Below are positions 12,101 through 25,014 of a stretch of 64,000 bases of DNA, one piece after another. The stretch's first letter is position 1. Each line of letters starts with the position of its first letter. The DNA lies in contig NC_045697.1 of NCBI RefSeq assembly GCF_009834535.1, positions 44,890,001 through 44,954,000 on the forward strand, written 5' to 3'. The notes below the pieces were generated by a model that was not told where the DNA came from, did not search any database, and saw only the letters and a program-made list of their open reading frames with translations. This stretch comes from Camelus ferus (taxonomy: Eukaryota). A program made the translations under genes and the position numbers.

Positions 12101-14133
12101 AGCTTGGCATGGTATTCCTCCAAAAGCCTCCAGGACAAGGCTTGGAATGGAAAAGAAAGAAAGAGAAAGAATCTACTCTTTGTAGATGGACTTGTGACTT
12201 TTCTCTTCATCAAGAGAAGGCATTTCAATGGATGGAGCGTTTGGGTTGGTGAATACAAAGTGCTACGGGAATGTTAGGCTTCCTTGCTTTCAGTGTAGTA
12301 GCCATGGAGAGAATTGAACAGAGTGAATATTGGTGATTCTTCCATAATGTTATCACTTTATATCCCTAGCCTAGGAATGTTTTGTTTTTGGCCTTATGAT
12401 CTTGAAATTTTCTAAGGGAAAGACACATATACCCAAGGTCAAACCAAGTAGTCATAGTTTCCAGGATTAAAATTGGTTATGATACATAGTCTTAGGACCA
12501 GAAGAAGTTCATTGCCTATTTTTGTGTATCTCCTATCTTTAAGCAAGAATCAAGGAATAAATTATAATCACTTTTTTGATGAGGTATAATTTACAGCAAA
12601 TGAAATGTAGTGATCTTAAGTTTATAGTTTAATGATATAATTTTTTTTTAAATGTAGCAACAGAACCCCATCAATGGCATTAACTTATGCCTTTTGGGGT
12701 GTGGGCATTTTCGTGAATTGGGTCAGTGCTGTCCTTAGCACTGACCACGCCAGAGTCCCGGCCATTTTTCTCTCCCAGCAGCTGCTGTAATTGTTACTAT
12801 CATTTCAGAAAAAACAGCACATTCAGATCCATAGATTGTGTAATACAGTCATTGTCTGCAACAATAACACTGCTAATAGGAAGGAAGGTAGTTAAGGGCA
12901 AATGTCATGAAATATGTTGCTCGAATCCCCTTTGAGCTGTAATTATCCCTCTGCATCTGCATTTAAACCAGTTTCAAGACTATGACCTTCGAAGTCTGTG
13001 GTTCATGCATAACTGCCCATGCGATCTACATTTTAGGATATGTTTGAAACAGTAATAATTAGCAGCACTCTCCGCCCAGCCCCACAAGTACACCTGAAAA
13101 AATAAACTATCTTGAGCTACAAATAAAACGTGTATTTCTATCACAGCCATTTCAGACTGCCAAAATCGTTCGATGGGGTAGTAGAAATAAAAGAACGTCG
13201 ACTAATCTTGCAAATTTTACATGCAGAAGGACATAAGGATTGTATATACATGCGTTTCTGTGGGTGGGGATAAATGTCTCAAACAACTGCACTCCGTTCA
13301 GCTCTGTAATCACTACCTTGATTCCACTAGTTTCTTTTTCAAGTACTAAAGATATTATGGTGAACATTTGGCTGTAAATGGTGCATTTCCCCTGTGATTC
13401 TAGAGAGTTTTCTTTGTGGCTGCTCTATTGCTGAGTCTCAAGGGCACTCTGGCAGCTTTCTCGCTCTCTTTTCTACCCATTTTCTTTTTGGATTTTCCAG
13501 ACTCTTCCATAATCAGGATCTGGCTATAGTCATTGAAACAGGATCGTGGCCTGTGCACAGATACACACATTTAATTTTACATAATATGCTCTGAAAGATG
13601 AGCTTTCAGAGAGATCTGTCTTGTTTTCTTAGTCTCCAGCACAGTGTGCTAGCTGTGAAAAGAAGCAGGAAAAAAAAAATTGAAAGATGAATTAATAAGA
13701 AGAATGGAGCAGAGTTCATGTAAATTGGATCTCTGTGCGGGCTTACAACTCTTTTTAGAAGAGAAAGTGGAGTAGTCAAGAATACTTAATTTGCCTCAAT
13801 TAAGAATGCTCACTCTCGCTATTGTTGCTCAGAAATGGGACCAAGTCACTCTGCAATCAAGCTAATTGCAACCTCTGATTTAGCGGCTTAAGCTCTGCGC
13901 TTTGCCTTTGTTTTCATAAATGATCTGTACAGGCCAAATAATCCCTCCCCGCCCTCTCCCCGTGTTGATTGTTTTTCTTTATTATTTTAATTCCACACTT
14001 TGATGATTGCTCTAATCCCCTGAAGCCGTTGCTCAAGCCAACCACGAAATAAGACAGCTGTGGTAGCGGTGAGGGCAGGGCGTTGGGAGAGGGAGCCGGG
14101 GTGGCGGCTGCCTTGTGAGGTCCAGCACCAGCC

Positions 14134-14560
14134 CTGAGACGCCACTCTAAGGATTTTATGTGGATCCACCTCTCAACCCTTACAACGATTCTGTAGGTGG
14201 GTACCACTATTTGGCTCATTTTACACAGGAGACAAGTGAGGCACAGAGAGGCTGAGTAACTTAAGCAAAGTGGTAGAGCCCGTGGGGTCGTAGAGCTGGG
14301 CGTCCAGTCGCAGAAAGCGGTCCCCAGAGCCTGGACTCTGTCCAGCCCTGCCCTGGGACAGTGGGAATGGAAAAATGCAGCAAAGAAAACCCAAACCAAA
14401 CAATATGAGCTGAAAGGAGAGTGCGTGGAATCCAGAACCAAATGTTGCAAATGAGTGCGCACAGCTCTTTCTCTGCTGGGGAGTGAGAGGAGGAGGAGAG
14501 GAGGAGAGGGAGGGGGGAGGGAGGCTGCCCTCCTCCACTCCCTTCAACGTGATTCAACTG
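14134..14560 (-). repeat. Right arm of the inverted duplication: MIR, unique segment, GA-rich tract
   Basis: Reverse complement aligns to 11240-11698, including non-MIR sequence and the shared 'gtggatcc(c)acataaaat'. Confidence 0.9.
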
Positions 14561-14569
14561 CATCAGTGT

Positions 14570-14782
14570 ATCAGCATCTGCTCAGTCACCACCCTACTTA
14601 AAATTGCAACCTGTTCAGTCTCCACTTTGTCAATTTTTTAACTTCACAGTCTAAGATACGATGTAATTCATCTTCCCTGTATTGTTTATTACCTTCTCCT
14701 GATTTTTTGAATCTGCTTTATTCATGGATGTGAACTGAGACTTGAACATAGTAGCTCCTTAAACATTCGTGTGAAACGAGTT
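14570..14782 (+). mobile_element. L2 3' end fragment
   Basis: 'accaccctacttaaaattgcaacc...tgtttattaccttctcc...tttattcatggatgtg...aacatagtagctccttaaacattcgtgtgaa'. Confidence 0.6.
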
Positions 14783-14797
14783 ACTAGTACTGCTGTT

Positions 14798-14831
14798 CAC
14801 CACCACCACCAGCACCAGCACCACCACCACC
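14798..14831. repeat. (CAC/CAG) trinucleotide tract
   Basis: Read directly. Confidence 0.85.
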
Positions 14832-17800
14832 TTCAGTCATAGCAAGTGTGACCACAGAAATGTCGAGCTGGAAGTGGCCAGAGACCACCTGTAGTACGGC
14901 TCCTCCTTCTGTAAAGACAGAGACTACTGAGTCATGTCCTGGTCTGGGGCTGGAGGATGGGCTTCTCAAAGCCTTGCCTGCCCATGAAATGAGTGGGATA
15001 ACTCTCCAATTTCAAGTGGCTAGCACTTTAAATTTTGTCTTGGGAGATCATGCCCTCTGTCCTGCTCTGGGGTTGAGCCTAAATTTGATGATCTTTAAAA
15101 CCACAGAGCATGAAGGCTGGCAAAACTGCTTAGATATGTTGGGGGGGAAAATGGTGCTGCTGGTGTGGAGTTGCAAGATAAGCAGAGAACCCAGTAAATG
15201 ACTCAGTGGGAGTTTCCCCCAAGGGAAGGATAAAGAAAAGAGTGTACTGTTTCCTTGGCAATGGAAACTGGCACTTAACATGATTATTGCAACTCAGGGC
15301 CCTTGGCTTTTCCCACTGGGGAGATCAAACGTGGTAAAAGCAGAGCTGCTCTTCCAGAGCTGAACCTTCATGAGCTCCAGTCTCCAACTGAGATGTCAAA
15401 ATGGCCAATATCCCTGGCAAGAAGAGCACTTTAATTAATTAGAGCCTTGTGCTGGCAGCTTGCCACAAAAGCACCTGAACACGGTTGCCCATGAAAAGAG
15501 GTGCTGAGGGCCACTGCCAGTGACTTGCTGGTTCCCCAGAAGCTGCCACAGGCATCCACCTGTCTCCATGGGAAAGAGAGGTGCCATGTGTTCCTGATGA
15601 GGGATCTGTTTCCACTTGCTGTCCTTTAGAGAGAGATTCCTGGAAAAGTCTTTCTTCTCATGTAGTTCTAGAGGTGAGAAAAAGATGAAAAGGAAATTGC
15701 AGCTTTCCATTTCTGCTCGGGGAGCCACAAATGTTGGCATCAGGAGCAAGCAGAAGGTATCCAAGGAAAAGTTGCACTTCTGGCTGAATCAGACCTGTCA
15801 GCTTGCATTAACTCTGGAAATCCCAAGGTTATTTAAGGGCTCTTTAGTGTCATTGAGGTGATGTGGTGTTCTGAGGCATGTCCCCCTGTTATCTCTTAAG
15901 GGGCTTGGGGATTCAGGTGTCAAAAGCAGTGTTGCCGGGTGTCTCAGGGGAAGCACCCTGCAGGTTTGCAAATGTTTCTCACGCCCTTGTTGTGCTTCCG
16001 TGTGGCACCGTCTGCTCCTGGTGCTACAAGGGATGCCCTTTGGAAGATGTATCTCTGTTTACTTAGAAAGACAGAGATGTGCTGGGGGACAGAACTGTGC
16101 TCATTTCCCCCTGCAGAGATGTGCTGAGATTGAAGTCATATGACTGGAACGAGGATCACTGACTGTGCAGCTTTGGGTCCTGATCCGCACAGGGCGTCTG
16201 ACTTCCTTCCTCTTGTTTTATTCCTGGGCCATTCTTAATCTTGGTGGGGGAAGTGCTTTCTGTGACCATTTCTTCAATTTTCCTCTCAGGTCTCTAAAGT
16301 ATTTCTAAAAATCTTTTAAGCCTCTAAAGAACACAATAATGTACTTTCACGCATTAAATGGAGTTGTTACGGATTAACTGGTCACACAGGCTATGTAATA
16401 TATGGAATATTTATAGCATTGTGTGATGTAATTTACAGTTTCTAAGTAACTACTAATGCCTCTGGAACCAAACTGCCCTAATAAAATGCTACCTTAGCAC
16501 CATTCGCTCTGTGATGCTCATTGTTACCTAAACTTCTCTGTGCCTCCTTTTCTCCTCCTCCTCCTTTGCCCGCCTCTTCCTCTGTCTCCTCCCCTCCTCC
16601 GCCTTCTTTTTTGGAGAAATCATTTGTTCTGTAATAATTTAGAAAGATCTGTCTCATTTTTATTGAGCAAAAGTCAGTAACAAACTTCCATATTGTGCTT
16701 AAGAACAGCTCAAAAAGCATCTTATACAACCTGTCACTGTAAGTCAGACTGAAATCTAGAGTTAACGTGTGCTTTGTTTTAAAATTTGAAAAAAAATGCA
16801 AAATTAAAATATTGTGTTACTTAGTGCCTCAGTGTGCAAAATTGATTTGGTCCAAAGGAGAAAATAAAACTTGGCAATATGTGGATTTTGTGTGTGCTTT
16901 CCTTCCAATCTCTTCTTAAAATCAACATTTTAAGCTACTTTAGTATTACTAACAATTTAGATTTGGAAGTGACCAACGAAGGATATAGTTACTAAAGCCA
17001 TGAAAGGAACTGAAACCCTTCAGTTCCAGAAGAGGTCAAGTTTAGGAATGAAGTGAAAGGAGAAATTGGGGAACACCGCTATTTAGGGGTCAAACAAAAC
17101 AACAGATGGAAAGGGAAACCAAGCAATGGAGCCTGCAGAGAAGGCTAGAGAGTTTGAAGATGGAGAGAAAAAAAAAAAAAGGAATCAGCTGATGCAGGAA
17201 TGTTTTAGAGTTGGAGAGGAACGGGGATTGGTCATGGGAGCCAGTGGTAAGTGCAGAAATTAACCTTGACTAGAAGGAGAAACAGCTCACCTGCAAAGAG
17301 AACATTTCAGTAGGAATAGATTTGGGTGTGGATTCCTTCATTTTTAAAGTGGAAATAACAATAGTACCCTGCTCGTGGAGAGACCGTCCCAGTGGTAACA
17401 TCAAGTCCAAAGTCCAGGATCTCATGAGAATCTCTACGTCGTATCTGGATCTAACGTCTCTTGATCTAGAGACACATCCACCCACCCACTCCAGGGCAAA
17501 TCATCTATGCCCCACACATGCCGCAGGCAGCGATGGAACAGAAACCAGATGGCCACATGAATCCCTCCCATGAGAAAGGGGAAACTCATACCCACATAGC
17601 AGCTGCTGGTGGTACCGTCCTGACATCCGTGCAGGCACTGTCTCTCGGGTAACTCTCACTTCTGTTTCTCAGAGATAATTTCGCAGGCCTCTGGCTCTCC
17701 CTCCGAGAGGGTTTTCTTTTTACTGTTGTCCTCCTTGGCCACATGTGAGAATGGCCTTAGAGAATATGTCCTCCTTGGGAGAAAGGAGGACTTTCTTAGT

Positions 17801-17967
17801 CTTCTACCTGCTTGTTGATCAGCCACAGTTCCTTTTGGTCCCAGGCTCCATAACTCACTGGAAAACTCAGCTGGCTTTTTCTTATTTGATTCCCAGTCAG
17901 TTCCCTGTGCTTATCGGCATGCCCATGATTCTTTTATGTATTTTAATTTACATCCCCTGCCTTGTAT

Positions 17968-18565
17968 CTTTTTACTGAGGTATAACCTATAGAAAATGCA
18001 CATCTTTTTTTCCCCTTTCCCTTCAAGAAAATGCACATCTCTTAAGTATCGCAGCACAATCACTTTGTATATTGCTTTGTGCCCACCCTGCATTTTGAGC
18101 TGTAGAATTTTCAGCACCCAGAATTTGCGTGTCCCCTGATAAAGTAACCACTCTGCAGACCTCTGTCTCTGACTGTAGATTAGCTTATAGAAAGTTTTTG
18201 AACTTTCTATAAACGGAATCACAGAATATTTACTCTTTTGTTTCTGGCTTCTTTGGTCCAGCATTCTGTCTGGGAGAGTCATCTGTGGTCTTGCACGTAG
18301 CAGGAGTTCTTTTCTTTCCAATACTGTTTAGTATTCCATGGCAAGAACACACCACAATGTATTAATCTGTTCAACTGTTGGTACACTTTTGGTTGCTTCA
18401 AGTTTTAGGCCATTGTAACTGACACTACTGGGATGATTCTGGTACCTGTTTTTTTTTTTTTTTGGTGGCCACAAGCACTCTTTCCCCTGGGCCTGCACAC
18501 AGGAGTGGCATTTCTGGGTCATAAGGCGTAGGGCTTTCCTAATCTTTTCCGCAGTGGTGTATCAC
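17968..18565 (-). mobile_element. Old L1 (L1MB/L1ME-like) 3' end
   Basis: 'tttttactgaggtataac...gaactttctataaacggaatcacagaatatttactcttttgtttctggcttctt...ggagtggcatttctgggtcataagg'. Minus-strand ORF includes 'MLDQRSQKQKSKYSVIPFIESSKT'. Confidence 0.8.
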
Positions 18566-20934
18566 CCCTTTTCATAATCGGTAAGGGATGAATTACGCTA
18601 ACCTAATGCTCTGTGAGGCTGCAAACTCTTTACCACTTGTAGTAAATTTTGCCCCATTCTCCGATGTTGCTCATGGATCCTGGGTGAGGAATCTTTCTGA
18701 CCAGAGCCCCTTGTTGGCATGGGCTACTTCAGATCTTTGTATGTTCCCCTCCATTCAGGGAATGGGAAGTGGGGTCTGCTCAGGGTTCCAGGAGGTGTGT
18801 TGGCTCCCTGGTCCTCTTTTTAGGGGTCTTAAGTTGCACCTCCTCAAGGGCCATCCTGTGTGTCTTGGGCTGGTGTCTTCCCTCAACCCTCGAGGGACTG
18901 CCAGCTCTCTGTGCACACCCCAGGCATTATCGGTGAGAGCCTGGGAATCACTCTCCCAAGTGAACAGTGATCCTAGAACTTCTGTAAGAATGCTGTTCAC
19001 TGCCTTCTCTCGTCCTTGGGGCTTGTTTCCTGATGGCCTTTGAGGGAACCAGCAGCCCTGACCTTGTGTCCAGGTTGTGTGTGACTAGAACCTCATCTCG
19101 TCCTTCTTACCTTTTGAGTATTTCCTTCCCCAAGGACATGCTGACTCTGGTGACTGTCAGAGCCCGCCATCCACCCTCCAGTTTATTCTCATTAGTACTG
19201 AATTGATTGAATTTAGGTCCAAGGTTAAAGATTCTGAGGAATCATGGCCTTATGTGCCCAGCGTGCGGGAGTCCTGGGGCTGGAACCGGATGAGGGAAGA
19301 GAAGACTGCTGGTCCACCCAGTGGCATCTACTGGAGTTTAGTCAACCTGGGGCTTTTACAAAATGCAGCTTCACTTTTGCGTGATATGATTGGGTTGATC
19401 AGACTGGAAGGCAGAAGGGTGGGCAGATGTGTCTGAGGAGGTGCTAGAGAATGACCTTTAATTCCCAGAGGCAGCCTGGTTGAGATGAAGGTCAGAACCC
19501 AGAATCTTCATGCTGTTAAGCTGGACTGCATTATTCCTCTCCCTCACTATCCTTCTATTTCTGTTGATTTCTTCCTATGAGATTTTAAAACAAGCAACTC
19601 TAGGATTTCTTGATCTCTCCAGTGTCTTCTACCCAAAAGTCCCAGGTTTCACCAGGCTGTGAAGACAAACATCCACACTGAAGACTCTACTTTGCCAGCT
19701 CCTGGCACCCACTAGTTGACATAAGAAACTCAGTTCTCAGCCAAGTTTCTCTCACCGTGTGTTTCTGAAAGTTCCCGAGTGTTTCTCACACGGACTTCTC
19801 AGGTTTCTTTATGGAAGTCGGCTGACTAGAGCCACCTGAGGGAAGCTTGTCACCGCCTGACTGTGAGCTCTGCGGGACAGCCCTGCTCCTGATGTCAGTC
19901 GGTTGGGTGGGCACCATGCCTTGTGGCTCTCTCTGCCCTGTGACCCGCAGGGCGTCGCCATGCTGTAGTGAGGAAGTGTGAGGCCCCTCTGCCCGGCCCT
20001 GGGAAGAGTTTGGGCCCTTGGCCTCAAGGCAGCCCTGCTTGTTTCAAGAGTTTCATGGTCTTTCTTGACACAATGCCTCCAGTTTCTGGTCTTAGCTACC
20101 CTACCCAGTGGGCTGAAGACTGGTTTATAATTCCCTTCCATTATGCTCATCTACCCCTCCGTGCCTGTGTCTTCTCTTTCTCCTGAACACTCTTGCTCCA
20201 AAATTTCTTCCTTCTCTCTCATCTAGAAACAGCTCCCAGATACCCTAGTCTGTAAACGTATGTGCTCAGATGGTCGCCAGCCCAGTTCCATAAGCAGGGA
20301 ACCTTCGAATTCTAATCAAGATGGCTAGGATGCTCTGATAATTGGCCTCACCAAGCTGGTGAGTAGCCCAAAGTCTGAGCTCCTAAGACTTCTAGTTCTA
20401 GAAATGCGTGAGTTAATTAAGCAAAGTGTAGGTCTTTTGTTCCTCCAGACACCAGTCCTTGCGGGAGGAAATCCATGTTTATGTTTCTAATGCTCTTTAT
20501 CTCTGTAATGTGCATTACAGCAATGTCTGGGTTTAACGGGTTGAAAGAGCCAGGGTATCTATAGATTCTTATCTCAACCTGCATTCATGAGGAAAGGAAG
20601 CCAGATCACTCATTGAACAGCCCCTTCAACATCCTTAGAACCAAGCCTGCTGTCTCAGCATTTTGAAAGTTGCCTTTTGTCTGCAAAGTCTTTCTAATGG
20701 AATCAGCGAGTAAGGTCACGACCTGGTCAGGAAAACCTGTCAGTTTGGCTTCAACTTAATGCCATTTTATTGCCATTTCTAACTGTAAAGTTGGGGGGGG
20801 GGAAGATTTTAGAAGAAAGCATAGACATAACTCCAGGAATAAAGGAAAACTGAAGTTTGTTGGATTCTGTGAAAATTAGTCACGTAGAAGCTCTGGGAAA
20901 ATAATATCGACTGATTCAGCGGAGCTCCTGTTGG

Positions 20935-21125
20935 AGTTCGCACGATGCAGTGGAAAGACCTAGGTCTTAGACCTGTTGCATCACAGGTTTGTGTGTTTTG
21001 GGCACAGGGTCTTAAGTCTGACATCTGTTTCCTCATTCAACAAATGATTATAATAGCATTTAGGCCCAATATACCAAGTGATGGTGGGGATTAACTGTGT
21101 ACTTGCTGGAACGGCTTGAACACGG
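20935..21125 (+). mobile_element. MIR SINE, degenerate
   Basis: 'gcagtggaaagacctaggtcttagacc...tgtgttttgggcac...catctgtttcctcattcaacaaatg'. Confidence 0.6.
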
Positions 21126-21409
21126 CTCCCTTGCATGAAGGTGGAGAAGAGGTGGAAGCGGAGGGGGGGTGCGGGCAGGAGACAGGTTTTCCTTCCTTAA
21201 GGTCCGTGGATGGACAGAAGGGGAAGGTTTAAACCACTGTTGCAGTTTCTGTGAAGGAAAGAATAAAGGAGGAAGATCCCATTAGGGGAGGTTGGCTGGG
21301 GTGTTTCATGCCTTACTAATGAGAGAAGCTAGGGCAGTGCCCTTCTTCATGAAGCAAACTGTAGTGAACCCTACATATTGCTGGCACCTCAGAAGCAGGA
21401 GCCACAGTG

Positions 21410-21500
21410 TGGTCATTTCTGTCATCCCAGCACATCCAGACCAGGTGCTGGAACACAGCCGGTTTTCAATAGATGCATATTGAATGATGCATAAATGGGT
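21410..21500 (+). mobile_element. L2 3' tail fragment
   Basis: 'atcccagcacatccagaccaggtgctggaacacag...ttcaatagatgcatattgaatgatg'. Confidence 0.6.
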
Positions 21501-22254
21501 GAATAGATTTAGGGTACAGCTCAGCCACACGAGGGTACAAAGCAATCTTGAGATGAAGGCTTGTTGCATAAATGAATAAGTGAATGCTCAACTCATTTCT
21601 GATGGCGGGGCAATGAGGTTAATTTGAAGACTGTAAAGTATACAAATAGGTGGGTGCAAAACAGGCCAAGTGCAAAACATCAGTGAAACAGCAGGGAGAG
21701 CGTTTTTAACCCCTGCTGCTGTTAGGGGTGGTTGGGAATTTGTTCATGTAGAAGAAATGATGGTATAAACATAGTTTGGGGACGTTCAAGTAATAAAGGA
21801 ATCTCTTTTGTACTTTCAGTATGCAGATTTGCCTTCAAAAACTAGGGCTATTTGTAAGACCCCCGTCACCACAGTGATGTGCCAAAACAGAGCAGCAGCC
21901 TCTGTAAAACTGGGTGGATCTGTAGATGGGCTCAGAGCTGTGTCCAAGTGTTGAAAATCTGAGCTTGAGGCATTTGCCAAAAATGTAGACTTTAAAAAAC
22001 TGTAAACTCACCAGGGCTTTCTTTGGCCATTGTTGAAGCTTTGTTTACATTTGTTCCATGAATAAGTCAAGGGAAGTGGGATCAGAACTTCTAGAATCTT
22101 CTCTTCTGTTTAGCTCACCAAAATGTTAACTCCTAAAGAGATTGGGCAAATAGTGGATTGAGTAGATGGAAGACTGTGATACTTAAACAGCTCCATTCGT
22201 GCATCTGTTCAGGACTTGGCAGGGGAGAATGAGGTTATCTGCGGGCTTGCATTT

Positions 22255-22381
22255 AATTTTTTAATTTTTAATTGGAGCATAGTTGATTTACAGTGTTTTG
22301 TTAGTTTTTGGTATATAGCACAGTGAGTCAGTTACATATGTGTGTGTGTGTGTGTGTGTGTATGCATTCTTTTTCATTATA
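22255..22381 (-). mobile_element. Short, 5'-truncated young L1 3' end (cetartiodactyl type) with internal (TG)n
   Basis: 'aattggagcatagttgatttacagtgttttgttagtttttggtatatagcacagtgagtcagttacata...ttttcattatagg'. Flanked by GGCTTGCATTT (22244-22254) and GGCCTGCATTT (22382-22392), a probable TSD. Confidence 0.85.
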
Positions 22382-23769
22382 GGCCTGCATTTTTCATTTA
22401 AGAACAAAGAACAATTTTAGCTGCTATAGGGAACAGCCAAAGATAAGCAGGCTATAGGTATGAATCAGGAAATTATTTGAATAAGGATATGCATCATTAG
22501 ATGTTTTTTAGGAGTGAAGAATGAGGATAGTTGAATTTCTTGGGTCACCTCTGGGGGAGGAGGACATTTTTTATGCAAATTGACAAGGCAAGTACCCAAA
22601 GCCTAGCCTGCTCTGGAGGCTTAGAATGAAAGAGAAGGAGGAGCACTGATGCTGGTGATACCAAGTCCCTTGAATTAGCTGAGCCCTCTTACAACTCTGG
22701 GTCCTTGGATACGCTGTTCCTTCTACTTTCCCTCCCACGCTGCCAGGAAAGCTGCTCATTAGGACCCCCTTACCAGTTACCTCTGTGTCAGAGCCTCGCG
22801 TGGCACTCCAGGCTGCTCTCTGTTCTCTGTTCCCGAGCACACTGGGTATTTGTTTTGTTTTGACAACACTCATTCATACACATGCACTGAGCACCTACGT
22901 GGTGACAAGCACTGCGATGAACAAGTGTCTGCAAGGGGCTCACAGTCCAGTAAAGGAAACAACATTTGCAGTCGGATGATTAGGAGCTGGGTACGGAAGA
23001 CGTGCTGTGGAAGGTGGCTTGGTGGGGAGTAGGGGGTATCATCAAGCATTTCAGGTGGAAAGGACAACTTAGGTAAAGGTGGGGAGGCTGGATGTGCCGG
23101 TGGGTGCATTTTTAACATTGCTACTAGTTCCATTTGGAACTGTCAACCTCATCTCCTGTTCTTTAAATGAAACTGATGTGCCTATAATATAAATCACACG
23201 TGGTAAATGGCATCAAAGAAAACCCTATGGAACCCCAGCTAATCCCATTCCAATCACGTCCATGTTGGAGCCAGACCTGTTTGCTTTACTATTCACTCTT
23301 GCCTCCTGGATTCTGAATTCCTGACTCTGTATCTCCACTGAGATAGAGACCCACCTCTGGGGCCCCCCTCAGGTGGTCCACACTTCTCGACCCTCCTTCC
23401 CGACACAGCTGCCAGTTTCACTTCCTCATCCGGTTCTGGTCTCTTCCTGGTGAGCTTGCTCGCTTTTAGGACCAAACACCGTAGGTGGGTAGCCACCTCT
23501 GCCTGGCTCCTCAGCTGGTACAGAAGACCTCCCGGGAGTTTGACTTTCCATCACCCACCTGACTGGAGCTGCTACCGCCGCTTTTTACTGCCTGTGCCTG
23601 GGAAACACGGGCCGGGGTGAGAAGAGCATGGACCTGGGCACAGAGGCAGCAGATGGCCATGCTGACGGGCACAGAAGCTGAGGAGAGAAACTCGAGGGGC
23701 AGAGTGGTGCGTGCCCCCACTCCTGAGGTCAGGAGCTAAGGCAGAGGTTACACGCCCTCACGACACCTC

Positions 23770-23936
23770 AGCAACTCCTGAGCACAGAGAATGAACAAAA
23801 CTCGAGGAGATTCCTGAGCTCTCCTTCCCTCCCTGAGATCTGATTCTGTTATTCTGGCAGGATGCCTGGACACTGACAAATTTAAAAGCTCTCTGGAGGC
23901 TTCTACTGTGCAGCCTGAGTTGAGAACCACTGAGCT
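23770..23936. mobile_element. MER5A (hAT-Charlie)
   Basis: 'gagatctgattctgttattctgg...tttaaaagctctctggaggcttctactgtgcagcctgagttgagaaccactg'. Confidence 0.8.
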
Positions 23937-24337
23937 AAAGGACTGAGTGGGTTCCCATGTCTAAGTCTGTCTTCTGATGAACTGGCTCTGGTTAAGTGGA
24001 CCTAGCTTGCTACCCACCCTGATCCCTTCTGTTCTGTGGACACGTGGACACTGCTCCTGGATCCCCGCAGTGGGGGGAGTGGAGAGCTGCGGCACTGCCC
24101 TCACTGACCTTTGTGTGACAGCACCCCTGAAGGGGCCTCAGTGCTGTCACTGTCTGGGGTGGCTTGAACTAGCCTTGCAGCTCTTAGATCTACCCCTTAG
24201 AGCTCAAGTCCTGAGCTGTCTGAGTCCACCCTCGTCTGGGTTTCAGAGAGCGGTAAGAAGTCACCTACCTAGAGACTTGGAAGTTCCTGACTGGATGCTG
24301 CCGTTCTCTCTGCACAGTGCCTCACCATCCTTCCCCA

Positions 24338-24525
24338 CAGTGCTTCTCAACAGAGACATGTGTCAGAGTCCCCTGGGGAATTTGTCTAAATACACATACC
24401 CATCCCCACCAGCCCATCCAAGCAGAATGTTGGGTCTGTGAGTAGATAGGATTTGTGCATACATGGTTAGGAAAAACTTCCCACAAGACTCTAATAATCC
24501 AGACTCTGATTGAAATCTTCTGCTA
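24338..24525. mobile_element. MER5-like hAT fossil, degenerate
   Basis: 'cagtgcttctcaac...gtgtcagagtcccctggggaatttgtctaaatacac...gattgaaatcttctg'. Confidence 0.5.
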
Positions 24526-24624
24526 AAGGTGAATTTGTTGGAACCGACACAGTTTGGACATTACCTGAAAGAGACCAGTATGTGTTTTAACTCCTGACCT
24601 GAAAAGTATATCCATTTAGGATGG

Positions 24625-25010
24625 AAACTGCTAGGCTGACTGCCCACCAAACCTGTTCATCCCTTCTTCCATAATAATAAGGGCCCATGGCTATTTAGAC
24701 AGGAGTGAAATTTCCCAGCCTCTCTTGCAGTTAGTTGTGGTCCATGAGACTTCTCACTAATGGAAATTAAGTAGAAGTGATGTTTGCTGCTTCTGGGCTG
24801 GGGTTCTTAATACAGTGAGCAGCCTTCTCTATAGTCTGTCTCTATTTTTCCTGCTGGCTGATCTGAGCAGCATTGGAAGCCATATGTGGAAGATGGCAGA
24901 GCTGTTGTCAGCCTGGAGCCCTGAGAGATGGCATGAAGCAGAGGGGCCAGCCGACCTGAAACACTCTTCTCAGACTATTACCCTAGAGAAAAATGAGCTT
25001 CTGTTCCTAA
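24625..25010 (+). mobile_element. MLT1 (ERVL-MaLR, H/I/J-type) LTR
   Basis: 'tttcccagcctctcttgcagttagttgtggtccatgagact...agtagaagtgatg...ggaagccatatgtggaagatggcagagc...gcctggagccctgag'. Confidence 0.8.
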
Positions 25011-25014
25011 AGGG

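Noticed and set aside
13914..14563. Overlapping 100-182 aa ORFs resembling ORFs at 11271-11611
   Set aside because: The similarity comes from the DNA-level inverted duplication and the MIR. Frames are not preserved between arms.
17283..17310. Minus-strand 'ttctctttgcag|gtgagc' recursive-splice-like motif
   Set aside because: Opposite strand to the only convincing exon, and such motifs occur by chance.
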